NCBI GenBank assembly: GCA_964472875.1
Contig: CAYYMD010000006.1
Coordinates: 6,236 to 70,235, forward strand
Direction: 5' to 3'
DNA: 64,000 nucleotides
Source: an uncultured Planctomycetaceae bacterium
GTDB lineage: Bacteria > Planctomycetota > Phycisphaerae > SM23-33
In this document: positions 28,221 to 38,052 of the stretch, one piece after another
Layout: the number at the start of each line of letters is the position of its first letter
Numbering within the stretch: position 1 is the stretch's first letter
Program-made: the position numbers and the translations under genes
The notes under the pieces: model-generated
The model's database searches: none
What the model was told of the DNA's origin: nothing
The model's input: only the letters and a program-made list of their open reading frames with translations

Positions 28221-30419
28221 TCATGCCTTGGTTCGAGCGGTGGTGAGTATGCGGTAAATTTCGCCGGCGGATTCGGCGCGGAGGAGTTGCTCGCATACAT
28301 CCTCTGTAAGCGTCTGGCTGACGGCGGCCATAAACTGTATGTTCGGTGCGGCCTTTTCCGTCGGCGAGAGCGTCAGTATGAAAATCTTTGACGGTTTTCC
28401 GTCCATCGAGCCGAAGTCTATCCCCTGGCGGTGGATACCTACGGCACAGACCAGCCGGTTGACCTGGTCGCAGCGACCGTGCGGCACGGCCACACCGTGA
28501 ACCAGCCCGGTGGGCATCTTGTCCTCGCGCTCCATGATGGCCTCGAGGGCCTTCTTCCTGTCTCGCACCAGTCGGGCCTTGACCAGCATGTCGACCAGTT
28601 CCTCGATGACCTCGCGGCCGGTATCGCCCTTCAGTTCGGGCTTTATCAGCGCCGGGTTGATAAACCTGCCCAGCTCCAGCGACGGCCCGCCGGCTTCCTC
28701 GGCCTCGATGCTTGCCCGCAGCGCCTCTGTGTCCACCGGCTGTGACGCCCTGCGGAACAGTTCGGCCAGATCGGCCGAGGCCTCAAACACGGCCGCGTTT
28801 ATCAGGTTCATCTGCCCGCGCGGGCAGTTAAAAATCAGCGAAGTTCCGTCTATGCGGAAGTCGATTACGATGGTGTCCTTGCGGATTTGATACAGCGGGC
28901 GGTCTGGGGCGAGTTTGTGCACGTAGAAGCCGTCGGTCTCCAGCGTGCGGCATAGTTTATCCACGAAGAAGCCGGCCACGTCGCCGGAGGGGAACTCAAA
29001 TCTGCACGACTCCATCTGCTGCGGCGGGGCCTTTTCCTTGCGCAGGCCGCTGCGCTGGCTTTTGAAGGAGGCCACAAGCAGTGTGGGCGCGATAATTGTG
29101 GTAATCGCGCTGGTCATAATGACCGCAGCAAGCATCGGCTCGTTGATTACGCCCCCTGCCATACCTACGCTGGCAATGATAAGCGCGACTTCGCCGCGTG
29201 GCATCATACCCAGACCCACTCTTACTGCGCCGCGGAGATTGAAGTTCGCCAGCATGGGCGGCAGGCCGCAGCCGATGAGTTTGGCAAACCCGGCCGCCAG
29301 CGTGTAACCAGCTCCGAACAGCAGGACCGGCGGAGTGATGAACACGCTCAGGTCTAACAGCATGCCCATCACGCAGAAGAACACCGGCGCCAGGAACTCC
29401 CGCACGAAATGCACACGCTCGCGGACTACGTTGGAAATGTCGGTCTTGGACAGCGTCAGGCCCATCACGTAGGCGCCTATAATCATGGCAAGATCCGCCT
29501 CTTCAAACAGCGCCGCCAGAACCAGCGCCAGACCGAGAGCCATGAATGCTATTGACGAGCGCTCGCGGAAGAATTTCAGCAGCGAGCTGATTTTACGCGA
29601 AGCCAGCAGCCCCAGCACCGTTGCGCCCAGCCATATTCCCACCGCCTTTATGGCTATCCAGGCGATGTGTCCCCAGTCCATCCGTCCGGTCTCGGTGCTG
29701 CGGGCAGAGACTATGCCCATGACCACGGCCAGTATCACGATACCCAGCACGTCGTCGATGACCGCGCCGGTGAGTATCGTCACGCCCTCGGGCGAATCCA
29801 TGGAGCGGCGCTCCGAGAGCACCCGAGCGGTTATGCCCACCGACGTGGCCACGGCTATCGTTCCCATAAACATCGCCGCCGGATCGAATGGGCCGAGTTC
29901 GCCTCCGAACATCGCCGGGTACAGCAGCACCGCGGCCGCATCGCCCAACACGAATGAAAACACCACGCCTCCTATACCCACCAGCGACCCCGCCACCGAA
30001 TACTGCCTCAGGCGGGTAAGGTTGGTCTCCAGGCCGACCGTAAACAGCAACACCACCGCACCCAGCAGTGCCAGGCCATACAACTCTGCGCTGACTGGAA
30101 ATCCCTCCTGCAGAGGAAAAATACCCTCGGGGAAGCCGGGCGCGGCGAACTGCCCCAAAGCGTACGGGCCGATAATCATCCCTGCAGCCAGTTCGCCCAG
30201 CACACCGGGCAGTTTTATTTTCTCGGCCAGCATGTTGCCGAACTTGGCCGCCAGCAGTATGACGCCCAACTGAAGCACCATCAGCATCATGCGGTGCATT
30301 ATCTCACCGTGCGTTACGGTATCATCCGCAGCCGAGGCCATCGACGGCAAAATAAGCACTGTTGCCATAAGCAACAGGCGTCCGGATCGCCTTGAGATGT
30401 TCCCACCGGGAATTTTCAT
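28221..30419 (-). CDS. CPA2-type cation:proton antiporter fused to an unknown linker domain and a C-terminal PTS EIIA (type 2 / Ntr-like) domain
   Basis: 732-aa ORF. Na_H_exchanger TM core (residues ~40-450), a ~130-aa soluble linker, and an EIIA-2 region with GVAVPHGR (His647, codon 28479-28481). Confidence 0.8.
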   Translation of the reverse strand: MKIPGGNISRRSGRLLLMATVLILPSMASAADDTVTHGEIMHRMMLMVLQLGVILLAAKFGNMLAEKIKLPGVLGELAAGMIIGPYALGQFAAPGFPEGIFPLQEGFPVSAELYGLALLGAVVLLFTVGLETNLTRLRQYSVAGSLVGIGGVVFSFVLGDAAAVLLYPAMFGGELGPFDPAAMFMGTIAVATSVGITARVLSERRSMDSPEGVTILTGAVIDDVLGIVILAVVMGIVSARSTETGRMDWGHIAWIAIKAVGIWLGATVLGLLASRKISSLLKFFRERSSIAFMALGLALVLAALFEEADLAMIIGAYVMGLTLSKTDISNVVRERVHFVREFLAPVFFCVMGMLLDLSVFITPPVLLFGAGYTLAAGFAKLIGCGLPPMLANFNLRGAVRVGLGMMPRGEVALIIASVGMAGGVINEPMLAAVIMTSAITTIIAPTLLVASFKSQRSGLRKEKAPPQQMESCRFEFPSGDVAGFFVDKLCRTLETDGFYVHKLAPDRPLYQIRKDTIVIDFRIDGTSLIFNCPRGQMNLINAAVFEASADLAELFRRASQPVDTEALRASIEAEEAGGPSLELGRFINPALIKPELKGDTGREVIEELVDMLVKARLVRDRKKALEAIMEREDKMPTGLVHGVAVPHGRCDQVNRLVCAVGIHRQGIDFGSMDGKPSKIFILTLSPTEKAAPNIQFMAAVSQTLTEDVCEQLLRAESAGEIYRILTTARTKA

Positions 30420-30496
30420 AATCCTATTCCAACTATGCTACGCGCTTGCGGCCCCCTCGGCAACCATCAGGATAAATTCAGACGGTGAGTGAGAGT

Positions 30497-31720
30497 CTAA
30501 AATTCCGCATCTTCGGGAATTTGCGTGAATGAGATTCGCGTGGGCGCGGTTTCGTCGGCCCCGTGCATGCCCGCGAAGTAAAGCGTGTGGTTGCCGTAGC
30601 GTGCGTTCACGCGGTCCATCGCCTCGGCCAGGTCGTCGAGGTGCCCCTGCCTCGGCCACAGCGGCAGCGTGGCGCTGCCCGGGGCGACCAGGTCGTCCAG
30701 CACCACGCCAACATGATAGGGCTTGCCTTGTGGCGGCCTTTGCCCCCACACCGACGCCAGCGCCGCCAGCATGGTCAGCGTGTCACGGCATCGCCCGATT
30801 CGCCTGCGGCTCTGCCACGTCGCCCCTGCGAGGCGCCGCACCCAGAAGGTAATTCTTCCGGCACGGTAGCCGGTGCGGCGCAGACGTGCGGCGGCCTTGT
30901 GTATCATCCGCGTCAGCGTTGCATGTGCCCCGGCCGGTGTCCGCCAGGCCGGCGGAAGCACGTGCGAATGCCCTACCGTCCGCCGGTGAGTAGGACGGGG
31001 GCGCATGTCATAGCCACGCAACTGCCGCCACCACAGCGAGCCGAGCACCTCGCTGCCCCATATCCGTTGCAGGCGATCCTGCGGCAGGCGGCAAAGTTGC
31101 GCCACCGTGAACACGCCGTCGCGGTTGAGCCGCCGCTGCATACGCGAGGCGATGCCCGGCAGGTCGGTCAGTTCGAGCTTCTCCAGCGCCTCCGGCAGGT
31201 CCTCGCGCCGGATTACCGTCAGCCCGTCGGGCTTGTGCAGGTCGGTGGCGACCTTGGCCAGCCACACGTTCGGCGCAAGACCCACCGAGCAGCGCAGGTT
31301 CTGCCCCGCCGCATCTCGAATGGCCTGCTTTACACGCCGAGCCAGGCCCGCAGCGTTTTCCGGCCGGCATTCGCGCCCCATCAGCCGCCCGTACATCTCA
31401 TCCACCGAGCAGACCTCATCCACGTGCAGGCATGACTCCACCGCCTCGACTATGCGGTGGTGATATCGCACGTACAGCCGCGGCCGGGCCTCGACCAGGC
31501 GAAGTCCCGGGCACATCCGTCTCGCCTGCCACACCGGCGTGCCTGTCCTGACGCCGTATGCCTTGGCCTCGTAACTGGCCGCAATGCAGCAGGTGGTCTC
31601 GGTAAGCATGGGAATAATGGCCACGGGCTTCTCCCGCAACTCCGGCTGCTCCTGTTGTTCGACGGAGGCGAAGTAACTGTTCATGTCCACAAACAGATAG
31701 CGCAGCATAATCTCTCTCAC
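30497..31720 (-). CDS. Y-family (translesion) DNA polymerase
   Basis: 407-aa ORF. FVDMNSYFASVE and CSVDEMY catalytic motifs, plus a little-finger-like C-terminus. Confidence 0.8.
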   Translation of the reverse strand: MREIMLRYLFVDMNSYFASVEQQEQPELREKPVAIIPMLTETTCCIAASYEAKAYGVRTGTPVWQARRMCPGLRLVEARPRLYVRYHHRIVEAVESCLHVDEVCSVDEMYGRLMGRECRPENAAGLARRVKQAIRDAAGQNLRCSVGLAPNVWLAKVATDLHKPDGLTVIRREDLPEALEKLELTDLPGIASRMQRRLNRDGVFTVAQLCRLPQDRLQRIWGSEVLGSLWWRQLRGYDMRPRPTHRRTVGHSHVLPPAWRTPAGAHATLTRMIHKAAARLRRTGYRAGRITFWVRRLAGATWQSRRRIGRCRDTLTMLAALASVWGQRPPQGKPYHVGVVLDDLVAPGSATLPLWPRQGHLDDLAEAMDRVNARYGNHTLYFAGMHGADETAPTRISFTQIPEDAEF

Positions 31721-31976
31721 TTTCTGGAGAATGTTCGCTGGCCTTACATATACCTAACATATTACGAAATGTCAAGCCCGCCAAAATTTATGACTTAAAT
31801 CGCCGCGGGCCGGAAAATTCCGGGAAGAAATAAAGGGGTTAAAAGAAAGCGGGATTACGTAAACTCATCCCCCACTGCTTGAGCGAAGGCAAATCCTGCA
31901 CGTCCCGGCATAAATCAAATACGGCTGATAACTTGAAGCACCGCTGAACCGCCAATATGACGTGCTGCTGACTGCC

Positions 31977-32933
31977 TCACTCGAGTTCGTCGGCAATCTG
32001 CCGGTAGAACTCGGCAAAATCGTGTTTTTCAGGCGGTGACTTCTGCATCCACGCCATCGCGTCGCGGGGATGCTGATCGAGCATGCCGGCCAGCATGTAG
32101 GGTATGTGGTAGCCCCAATCGATTTCCTTCTGTAGCGGCAGAATGTGCTTACCTATCACATCCAGCAGCGGGACAATGTTATACTTGGGATTTTTCAGGA
32201 AACCGATGAGCAGTTCCAGGGGGCAGTTACCGGCCGCACGGCCCAGGCCGAACAGCGTGCCGTCGACGTAGTTGGCGCCCTTGATAATGCCCTCGATGGT
32301 GTTGGCAAAGCCCAGCTGCTGCTGGTTGTGCATGTGCACGCCGACTTCTTTTGTCTTTAGGTACATTTGGTACTTCTCGACCAGGAAGTGGACCTCCTCG
32401 CTGTAAAGCGCGCCGAAACTGTCGACGATGTAGACGGCCTCGGCCTTTGTCTCGGCCTCGATTTGCTTCAGCGCCTCGTCGAGGAACGGCGATCCCTCGT
32501 GCGAGATGGCCATTATGTTTACCGTGCAGCGGTAGCCCTTTTCGGTGGCGCTGTTGGCAAGGTATATCGCCTTGTCCACGTCCTTTACGTAAGTGGCCAC
32601 GCGGATCATGTCCACGACGGACTCATCGGCAGAGAGTATGTCGTCTGCGTCGGCCTTGTGGGCGTCCTGCATGACGGAAATGGCCGTTTCGTTTTTGTCT
32701 ATGCCGTCGGTAACCTGGCGGAGCATGTGCTCGTCGCAGAACCGCCACGGGCCGTACTGCTCGGGCGAGAACATCTCCTTGGAGTTACGGTAGCCAAGTT
32801 CTACCACGTCCGTTCCGGAAGCGCACACGGCCTCGTACACGGCCCGGACCATGTCCGTGTCGAACTTCGAATCGTTTGTCAGTCCGCCGTCGCGGATGGT
32901 GCAGTCAACTACTTTTATTTCGGGACGATACAT
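31977..32933 (-). CDS. HMGL-like (pyruvate carboxyltransferase/aldolase TIM-barrel) domain protein
   Basis: 318-aa ORF. VVDCTIRDGG followed by HMHNQQQLGFANT (H-x-H metal site). Confidence 0.7.
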   Translation of the reverse strand: MYRPEIKVVDCTIRDGGLTNDSKFDTDMVRAVYEAVCASGTDVVELGYRNSKEMFSPEQYGPWRFCDEHMLRQVTDGIDKNETAISVMQDAHKADADDILSADESVVDMIRVATYVKDVDKAIYLANSATEKGYRCTVNIMAISHEGSPFLDEALKQIEAETKAEAVYIVDSFGALYSEEVHFLVEKYQMYLKTKEVGVHMHNQQQLGFANTIEGIIKGANYVDGTLFGLGRAAGNCPLELLIGFLKNPKYNIVPLLDVIGKHILPLQKEIDWGYHIPYMLAGMLDQHPRDAMAWMQKSPPEKHDFAEFYRQIADELE

Positions 32934-33083
32934 CTTTTCTGCTCCTTAGTTGAGCCGTACAGTATACCACATGCGGCCAAATTATCAATCGCGGTATGAT
33001 TAAAATACGCGGACAAGACAGGGAAATCGCCCTATTTCCGACACACCGTGGCTACGGGGCACTAATCACACAGATTAAGGACG

Positions 33084-33239
33084 CTATTCCGGTATTACAC
33101 CAAGGCGATGCTCCAGCTCCGTGCCTACTTTATCTACCTCAATGCTTTGTGGATTATTAACTACCCTGTTTATCCAGTCCTCTTGGGTTTCACGCTCGGA
33201 AACAGTGAATCGAGGATATACGCTCGACTCATGTTCCAT
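33084..33239 (-). CDS. Unannotated 51-aa ORF downstream of pckG (hypothetical)
   Basis: Own reading: MEHESSVYPRFTVSERETQEDWINRVVNNPQSIEVDKVGTELEHRLGVIPE. AGGGGGA SD 6 nt before the ATG. Below the ORF-track size cut-off. Confidence 0.25.
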   Translation of the reverse strand: MEHESSVYPRFTVSERETQEDWINRVVNNPQSIEVDKVGTELEHRLGVIPE

Positions 33240-33320
33240 GCTAATCCCCCTGCATGCTATGCGTTGCCGTAATGAAATTTACAGCAAATAACAAGCTTCT
33301 TTACGTTCGAACGAAATCTT

Positions 33321-35204
33321 TTACAGATCTTCCGGCGAGACGTACTCGCCCTTTTCGTCGCGGAGTTGCTCAAGCCGCTTGCGCTGCGCTTCGAGCGTGT
33401 CGAACACTATCTGCGGCGTATCAGAGACATCTTCTCTGTAAATCCGTTCGATGCGGTCGATCTTGGACAGATTTTCCGGTATGCGAACGGTAAACTGCTT
33501 AATATAGTCCTCCCGGCCGTATTTCTTATCGAGCGCTTCCGGGAACAGCCGGGCCAGGTCCTCGTACTGCGGTATCAGGCCCGTTGGCGTCTCGATGACG
33601 TCGGCCTCGCCGTTGGTGCGAAGTTCCATCCACTTGAGCCACACGAGCTTGTCCCTCATGCCGTTTAGATATTTGCCGTCCTCGCCGCGGAGGAAGTAAT
33701 TGACGGCGAACACCAGCGGCGGATTCTCGATGCCTTCGACGAAGTTAAGGTTATTCATGATGTACTTGCCAAGGGGGATGGCCAGGAAGTCCAGGTTACT
33801 CATAATATTGAACTTGCGGACGCCCTCCTGGCCCAGCGTGGCTGCAGTTGTCTCGCTCTCCAGCGATGCCCCCATCGTTATTATGCCATGTGTCCAGTCG
33901 AAACTCTGCTGGACCGGCACTGAGGTGTCGCTGTCGCGGCCGCCGTATATCACGCCACCTACGGGCACGCCTTCAGGGTCGTCGGCCTTTTCATCTCTAT
34001 TTTTCAGTTCCTTAAGCGCCACTGTGTAACGCGCATTGCGGTGCGAAGGAGTTATTTCTTTACCTTCGGCGTCGGTCTTGCCCTTGTGCCACCGGCCGGA
34101 GTGGTTCAGACCGTCTTCCGGCAGTTCGCAGCCCATACCCATCCAATAGGGCTTGTCATCCTTTATCAGCACGTTGGAGAAGATTACCTCGTGCGGATTG
34201 GTAAGGACGTTGTAAATGACAGGATCGTCGTCCGCGTTAACGTCGCGGATAATGCCGAAAATGCCGCTTTCGACGTTGGCCGCACGCACCTGGCCATCGA
34301 TTTTGCGAAAATAGGCGATGTCGTCGCCGACTATGGTCTGTCCCGAAAGCATGGCCGTGGATGTCTTGCCGCATGCGCTGGGGAAGGCGCCGGTGAAATA
34401 AGTAATCCGCCCGCTCTTGCCGCGGGCACCCATGACGAACATATGCTCGGCCAGCCAGCCCTCACGGTCGGCCTTGCGGATGGCCAGACGCAGTGCGAGT
34501 TTCTTCAGCCCGATAGTGTTGCCGCCGTACTGCGTGTTGGAACTGTAAACGGTCTGCTCCTGAATGTCTATGTACACGCGGCGCTTGTCCACGTTTTTGG
34601 ACACCGGCGCGCCCGCCTCGGTCTCGACCAGTTCGCCTGCCGAGTGCAGAAAGCGGAAGAAATCCACATCCGCCCCGCGGCGGAGAAACTCGTTATAGCC
34701 CTGGCGGTACAGAAGGTCCTCGCTGTGGGCGACGTAGGCCGAGTCGGTAATCTGCACGCACGGTATGCTGAAAGATGAGTTTGTCGGACCAAGGCAGAAG
34801 AATCGCACGTATGCCTCTTTGCCTTCCATCGCGCCATCAAGAAAGCCGCGGACCTCCGCCAAACCTTCGTTGCGGCCGGTTGCGTTGAGTCCGCCCAGTT
34901 CCATACCCTCGGGCAGGAGGTACTTGGTGGCTTTCTTGTCGCGGGCCTGGTCGTTGTAACCATCGAAGTGAACGGTGTGACCTTCGATGGCCAGCGGTTT
35001 TTCCTCGCGGTTGTCGACGGACTTACTACGAATGTAATCCACATCGGCCGGATCATCAGAACAAACCTTCACGGATGCAGGTTTGGCAAGTGAAAGACCA
35101 TCCGCGACGAACTCCTCCAGCCGCGGATTGTTCAGGTCGGTAAGTTTCTTCAGGTTCTCCTGGTCGAGTTTTTCCGCAAGTATTTCGCGTGCATTATTAG
35201 CCAT
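33321..35204 (-). CDS. pckG: Phosphoenolpyruvate carboxykinase (GTP)
   Basis: 627-aa ORF. FPSACGKTSTAML kinase-1a motif and GTP-PEPCK overall pattern. Confidence 0.95.
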   Translation of the reverse strand: MANNAREILAEKLDQENLKKLTDLNNPRLEEFVADGLSLAKPASVKVCSDDPADVDYIRSKSVDNREEKPLAIEGHTVHFDGYNDQARDKKATKYLLPEGMELGGLNATGRNEGLAEVRGFLDGAMEGKEAYVRFFCLGPTNSSFSIPCVQITDSAYVAHSEDLLYRQGYNEFLRRGADVDFFRFLHSAGELVETEAGAPVSKNVDKRRVYIDIQEQTVYSSNTQYGGNTIGLKKLALRLAIRKADREGWLAEHMFVMGARGKSGRITYFTGAFPSACGKTSTAMLSGQTIVGDDIAYFRKIDGQVRAANVESGIFGIIRDVNADDDPVIYNVLTNPHEVIFSNVLIKDDKPYWMGMGCELPEDGLNHSGRWHKGKTDAEGKEITPSHRNARYTVALKELKNRDEKADDPEGVPVGGVIYGGRDSDTSVPVQQSFDWTHGIITMGASLESETTAATLGQEGVRKFNIMSNLDFLAIPLGKYIMNNLNFVEGIENPPLVFAVNYFLRGEDGKYLNGMRDKLVWLKWMELRTNGEADVIETPTGLIPQYEDLARLFPEALDKKYGREDYIKQFTVRIPENLSKIDRIERIYREDVSDTPQIVFDTLEAQRKRLEQLRDEKGEYVSPEDL

Positions 35205-35437
35205 CGTGCTTTCTCCGTAGTGTGAAATCCGGGTTGAATTCTATCCTGTAGGTTGATGCTTATGGCGAGCGAAATGACGCTCGAAACTCCCATTCCTTCC
35301 ATTAAGCGGGTAAACTTATAATGCCTTAGCGCCAATCGGTCAAGCAGATTTCGTGCAACCTCTGTTGCCGCGATATAGATTATGTTTTAATAACAACATG
35401 TATCGCAGTTATCATTCTGAGTAATTCTTCCAAGGAC

Positions 35438-36079
35438 ATGAAAAAACAAGTAACATTTTTTGGCGGAACGTTCGACCCGGTGCACAACGGCCATCTTATA
35501 ATCGCCCGCGCCGTGGCCGAGCACTGTGGGTTCGATAAGATAACATTTGTGCCGGCCGGCAACCGCCCGCATAAACAATCGGCGGCAGCATCGGCCGAGC
35601 ATCGCATGCAAATGCTTCGTCTGGCAATAGCCGCAGAGGATATCTTCGACATCTCACAAGTAGAGATAAACCGGATCGGCCCGTCCTATACAGTAGACAC
35701 GCTCACATATTTCAGGAAACATTACAGCGACAACGTCCGAATAAACTGGCTGGTCGGTGCAGACATGCTTGCAGATTTGCCGAATTGGCATCGTGCCGAT
35801 GAGATACTCCGCCTGGCCGATATCATCACCGCGGTAAGGAGCCCGCAGGAATACCAATTAGAGAACGTTTTTGCCCAACTTAGCGAAACATTCGAACCCC
35901 AATGCGTAAAATCATTGCGTGAAAACGTTGTGCCGACACCAGTTATAGACATTTCCGCCAGCCAGATACGCCGCCGTATCTCCGACGGCATGTCAATACA
36001 TTACCTTACACCAGAAATTGTATGTAATTACATTAAAAAGCACAATTTATACAAAGAAGAAAACTATCCGACTCAATGA
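35438..36079 (+). CDS. nadD: Nicotinate-nucleotide adenylyltransferase
   Basis: 213-aa ORF. FGGTFDPVHNGHL and ISASQIRRR. Confidence 0.9.
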   Translation: MKKQVTFFGGTFDPVHNGHLIIARAVAEHCGFDKITFVPAGNRPHKQSAAASAEHRMQMLRLAIAAEDIFDISQVEINRIGPSYTVDTLTYFRKHYSDNVRINWLVGADMLADLPNWHRADEILRLADIITAVRSPQEYQLENVFAQLSETFEPQCVKSLRENVVPTPVIDISASQIRRRISDGMSIHYLTPEIVCNYIKKHNLYKEENYPTQ

Positions 36080-36128
36080 AATTTTTTCTATTTTTTTAAA
36101 AAAATTTCAAAATTTGCCCAATCATTTC

Positions 36129-36156
36129 TTGACAATTCCGAAATATGTGATATAAG
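36129..36156 (+). promoter_or_regulatory. Strong sigma70-type promoter with extended -10 and upstream A/T tracts
   Basis: TTGACA (36129-36134), 16-nt spacer counted to TATAAG, then TGATATAAG (36148-36156). Preceded by tttttttaaaaaaatttcaaaattt, which is UP-element-like. Confidence 0.55.
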
Positions 36157-36161
36157 TAAAT

Positions 36162-36258
36162 ATTGTGGCGCAATAATTGTGAGGCTCCTCGGTCAAACTC
36201 CCTCCTTTGACCGAGTTTGTAACGGCGTCAGGCTCCCCTCCCCTGGCGCCGTTTTTTT
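36162..36258 (+). ncRNA. Candidate ~95-nt small RNA: two hairpins with CUCCCUCC / CUCCCCUCC loops, the second an intrinsic terminator
   Basis: Hairpin 1: 36188-36197/36206-36215 (10 bp), loop CTCCCTCC. Hairpin 2: 36222-36232/36242-36252 (11 bp, one G-U), loop CTCCCCTCC, then T7 (36252-36258). The 5' end is estimated from the promoter. No ORF is present. Confidence 0.5.
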
Positions 36259-36340
36259 ATCTACTCTGCATTTGCACCTGTGATTTCAAATCCAAACTGT
36301 CGGTTAATTTCAATATGCTGTGTCGAAAAATGCTTCGTGT

Positions 36341-36832
36341 CTATTTGCCGACGACATTATGAACATGTTCAACAACGGCCGGAGGAACCATGGCAGAAAC
36401 ATCCCCACCCAATCGCGCAATCTGCCTTATAAGAGCCGAAGAAATGTATGCAAACTCTCCACCGGTCATCATGAAAATCGTCTCTATCCCCCCGACAGTG
36501 CGGTTAGTCTGTGACATCTGAAATTCCGAATGTAGGTCGGAAGGATCGCGCAGTCCGCGCAGTATGGCCATTGCGCCCATGCTTCGAACGGCCTCTACCG
36601 TTAGTCCATCGTATGCCTGGACACTGACACCCGATATGTCAGCCGTGGCCTTGCGAACCATTTCGGCGCGTTGCTCAATGTCAAACATCGTCTTTTTTTG
36701 AGGATTCCGCCCCACCGCAACTATCAACCCGCCGAATATATCTGCCCCACGTCGTATGACATCCATATGCCCATTGGTAATCGGATCAAACGTTCCGGGA
36801 AAAACTATCACTTTTCTGGGGTTGTCCGGCAT
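36341..36832 (-). CDS. coaD: Pantetheine-phosphate adenylyltransferase
   Basis: 163-aa ORF. FPGTFDPITNGHMDV motif. Confidence 0.9.
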   Translation of the reverse strand: MPDNPRKVIVFPGTFDPITNGHMDVIRRGADIFGGLIVAVGRNPQKKTMFDIEQRAEMVRKATADISGVSVQAYDGLTVEAVRSMGAMAILRGLRDPSDLHSEFQMSQTNRTVGGIETIFMMTGGEFAYISSALIRQIARLGGDVSAMVPPAVVEHVHNVVGK

Positions 36833-36958
36833 CTTGATGCGCCATTACTTTCGAAATGAAAATTTTGCCCGCTCTCGGAGCACCATATCTATCCTCATAT
36901 ATTTCTCTGAATACATTACTCCGGCAGCACGACCGATAGTGCAGATACGGACTTTTGC

Positions 36959-37174
36959 TCACATGCCGACTTTGGGATGATAACGGGTAAGTCCCATGCT
37001 CCTGTCGGCAAACCAGATTGTGTCCCAATCCTCTACAAAAGACTTGGTTTGCAGGTCAGATACGAGTTTGTAGCGAATCTCGCGCTGGTGGGCTGTTTCC
37101 GACATGGTGGTGCATCCGCCCATAAAAACGCTCACGGCTACAAACAAAACAAGAAGAACGAGTAATTTTTTCAT
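36959..37174 (-). CDS. Small lipoprotein, hypothetical
   Basis: 71-aa ORF. MKKLLVLLVLFVAVSVFMGGC lipobox. AGAGGTG SD. Confidence 0.55.
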   Translation of the reverse strand: MKKLLVLLVLFVAVSVFMGGCTTMSETAHQREIRYKLVSDLQTKSFVEDWDTIWFADRSMGLTRYHPKVGM

Positions 37175-37336
37175 GGTCTTACACCTCTTTTATATATTTT
37201 TTGAACGTCATTGGTGTGCCTTTACATAGGCGGATATTAACGGCACCTGTCATTTACGTCAACGTTAAAGTTTCAGGTATTATATCTATCGGCATTTTTA
37301 CTGCCTGCGAACAGCAGATATATGCCAAACCGATAT

Positions 37337-37777
37337 TCATCGTGTCGCCCTGGCCCGTGCCTTTATCTGCTCACAGGACAAAACTTCACCGCGGTTTATT
37401 CCCGGACACCGCCGCTGGGTATGAGACCATGCCTGGGGTGAAGATATATTGTTCGGCCAGAACGGCCACGTGCGGCACTGGGTGGGACGGACCGGATAAA
37501 TCCGGCATGTTTTAGTTTCGTCTTCGCCGACCTGAAGGAAGACACAGTCCTTGTTGTCAGGGCGCTCCTTAATGCTGTATCGTCTGCCGGCCTTGCACAG
37601 ATATTTTTCATGAACCTGCTCAACTGTCATCCCAAGAAATTCTGCGATGGAAACAACTTCGCTTTTCTTGACCCAGACATAACCCTCCTCCGGTCCGGAG
37701 CAGCACCTTCCGCAGTGTTGACATTCGAAGGCAAGCCCGGCTGCGTACCATGGTGTATTTTTATCAAGTATCTTCAT
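37337..37777 (-). CDS. YkgJ-family cysteine-cluster (CxxCxxCC) protein
   Basis: ORF 37337..37885. CQHCGRCCSG motif. Start at the ATG at 37777 (MKILDKNTPW). Confidence 0.7.
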   Translation of the reverse strand: MKILDKNTPWYAAGLAFECQHCGRCCSGPEEGYVWVKKSEVVSIAEFLGMTVEQVHEKYLCKAGRRYSIKERPDNKDCVFLQVGEDETKTCRIYPVRPTQCRTWPFWPNNISSPQAWSHTQRRCPGINRGEVLSCEQIKARARATR

Positions 37778-38052
37778 TTCAATAACAGTATACACAGCCA
37801 AGATGGCATTTCTCAGCACACCTTTGCGAAACAGCGTCAGTAATATAACACAGCGCGTAAAATACCCATAATATAGCACGTGCACGTGACTCGGAAATCG
37901 CTGTTATGCGATTCAAAAGACCCTCCGCCGCGTTTATCACAGTTTCTTTCTAAGGGGAAAATATTCGTCCGACATACTGCGGCCGCGATATGGTTTATCG
38001 CAAATCTGTATTCTAATTGACGAACCACATGCCTCAATATCCTGTCGGTTAT

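Noticed and set aside
31721-31800. SOS (LexA/Cheo-type) box upstream of the Y-family polymerase
   Set aside because: Only a half-site-like GTTCG (in gagaatgttcgc) is present. There is no matching CGAAC half at the correct spacing and no CTGT-N8-ACAG.
33304-33313. Perfect 10-bp palindrome CGTTCGAACG just after the pckG stop
   Set aside because: It is too short and loop-less to form a terminator hairpin, and a single occurrence is expected by chance at this length scale.
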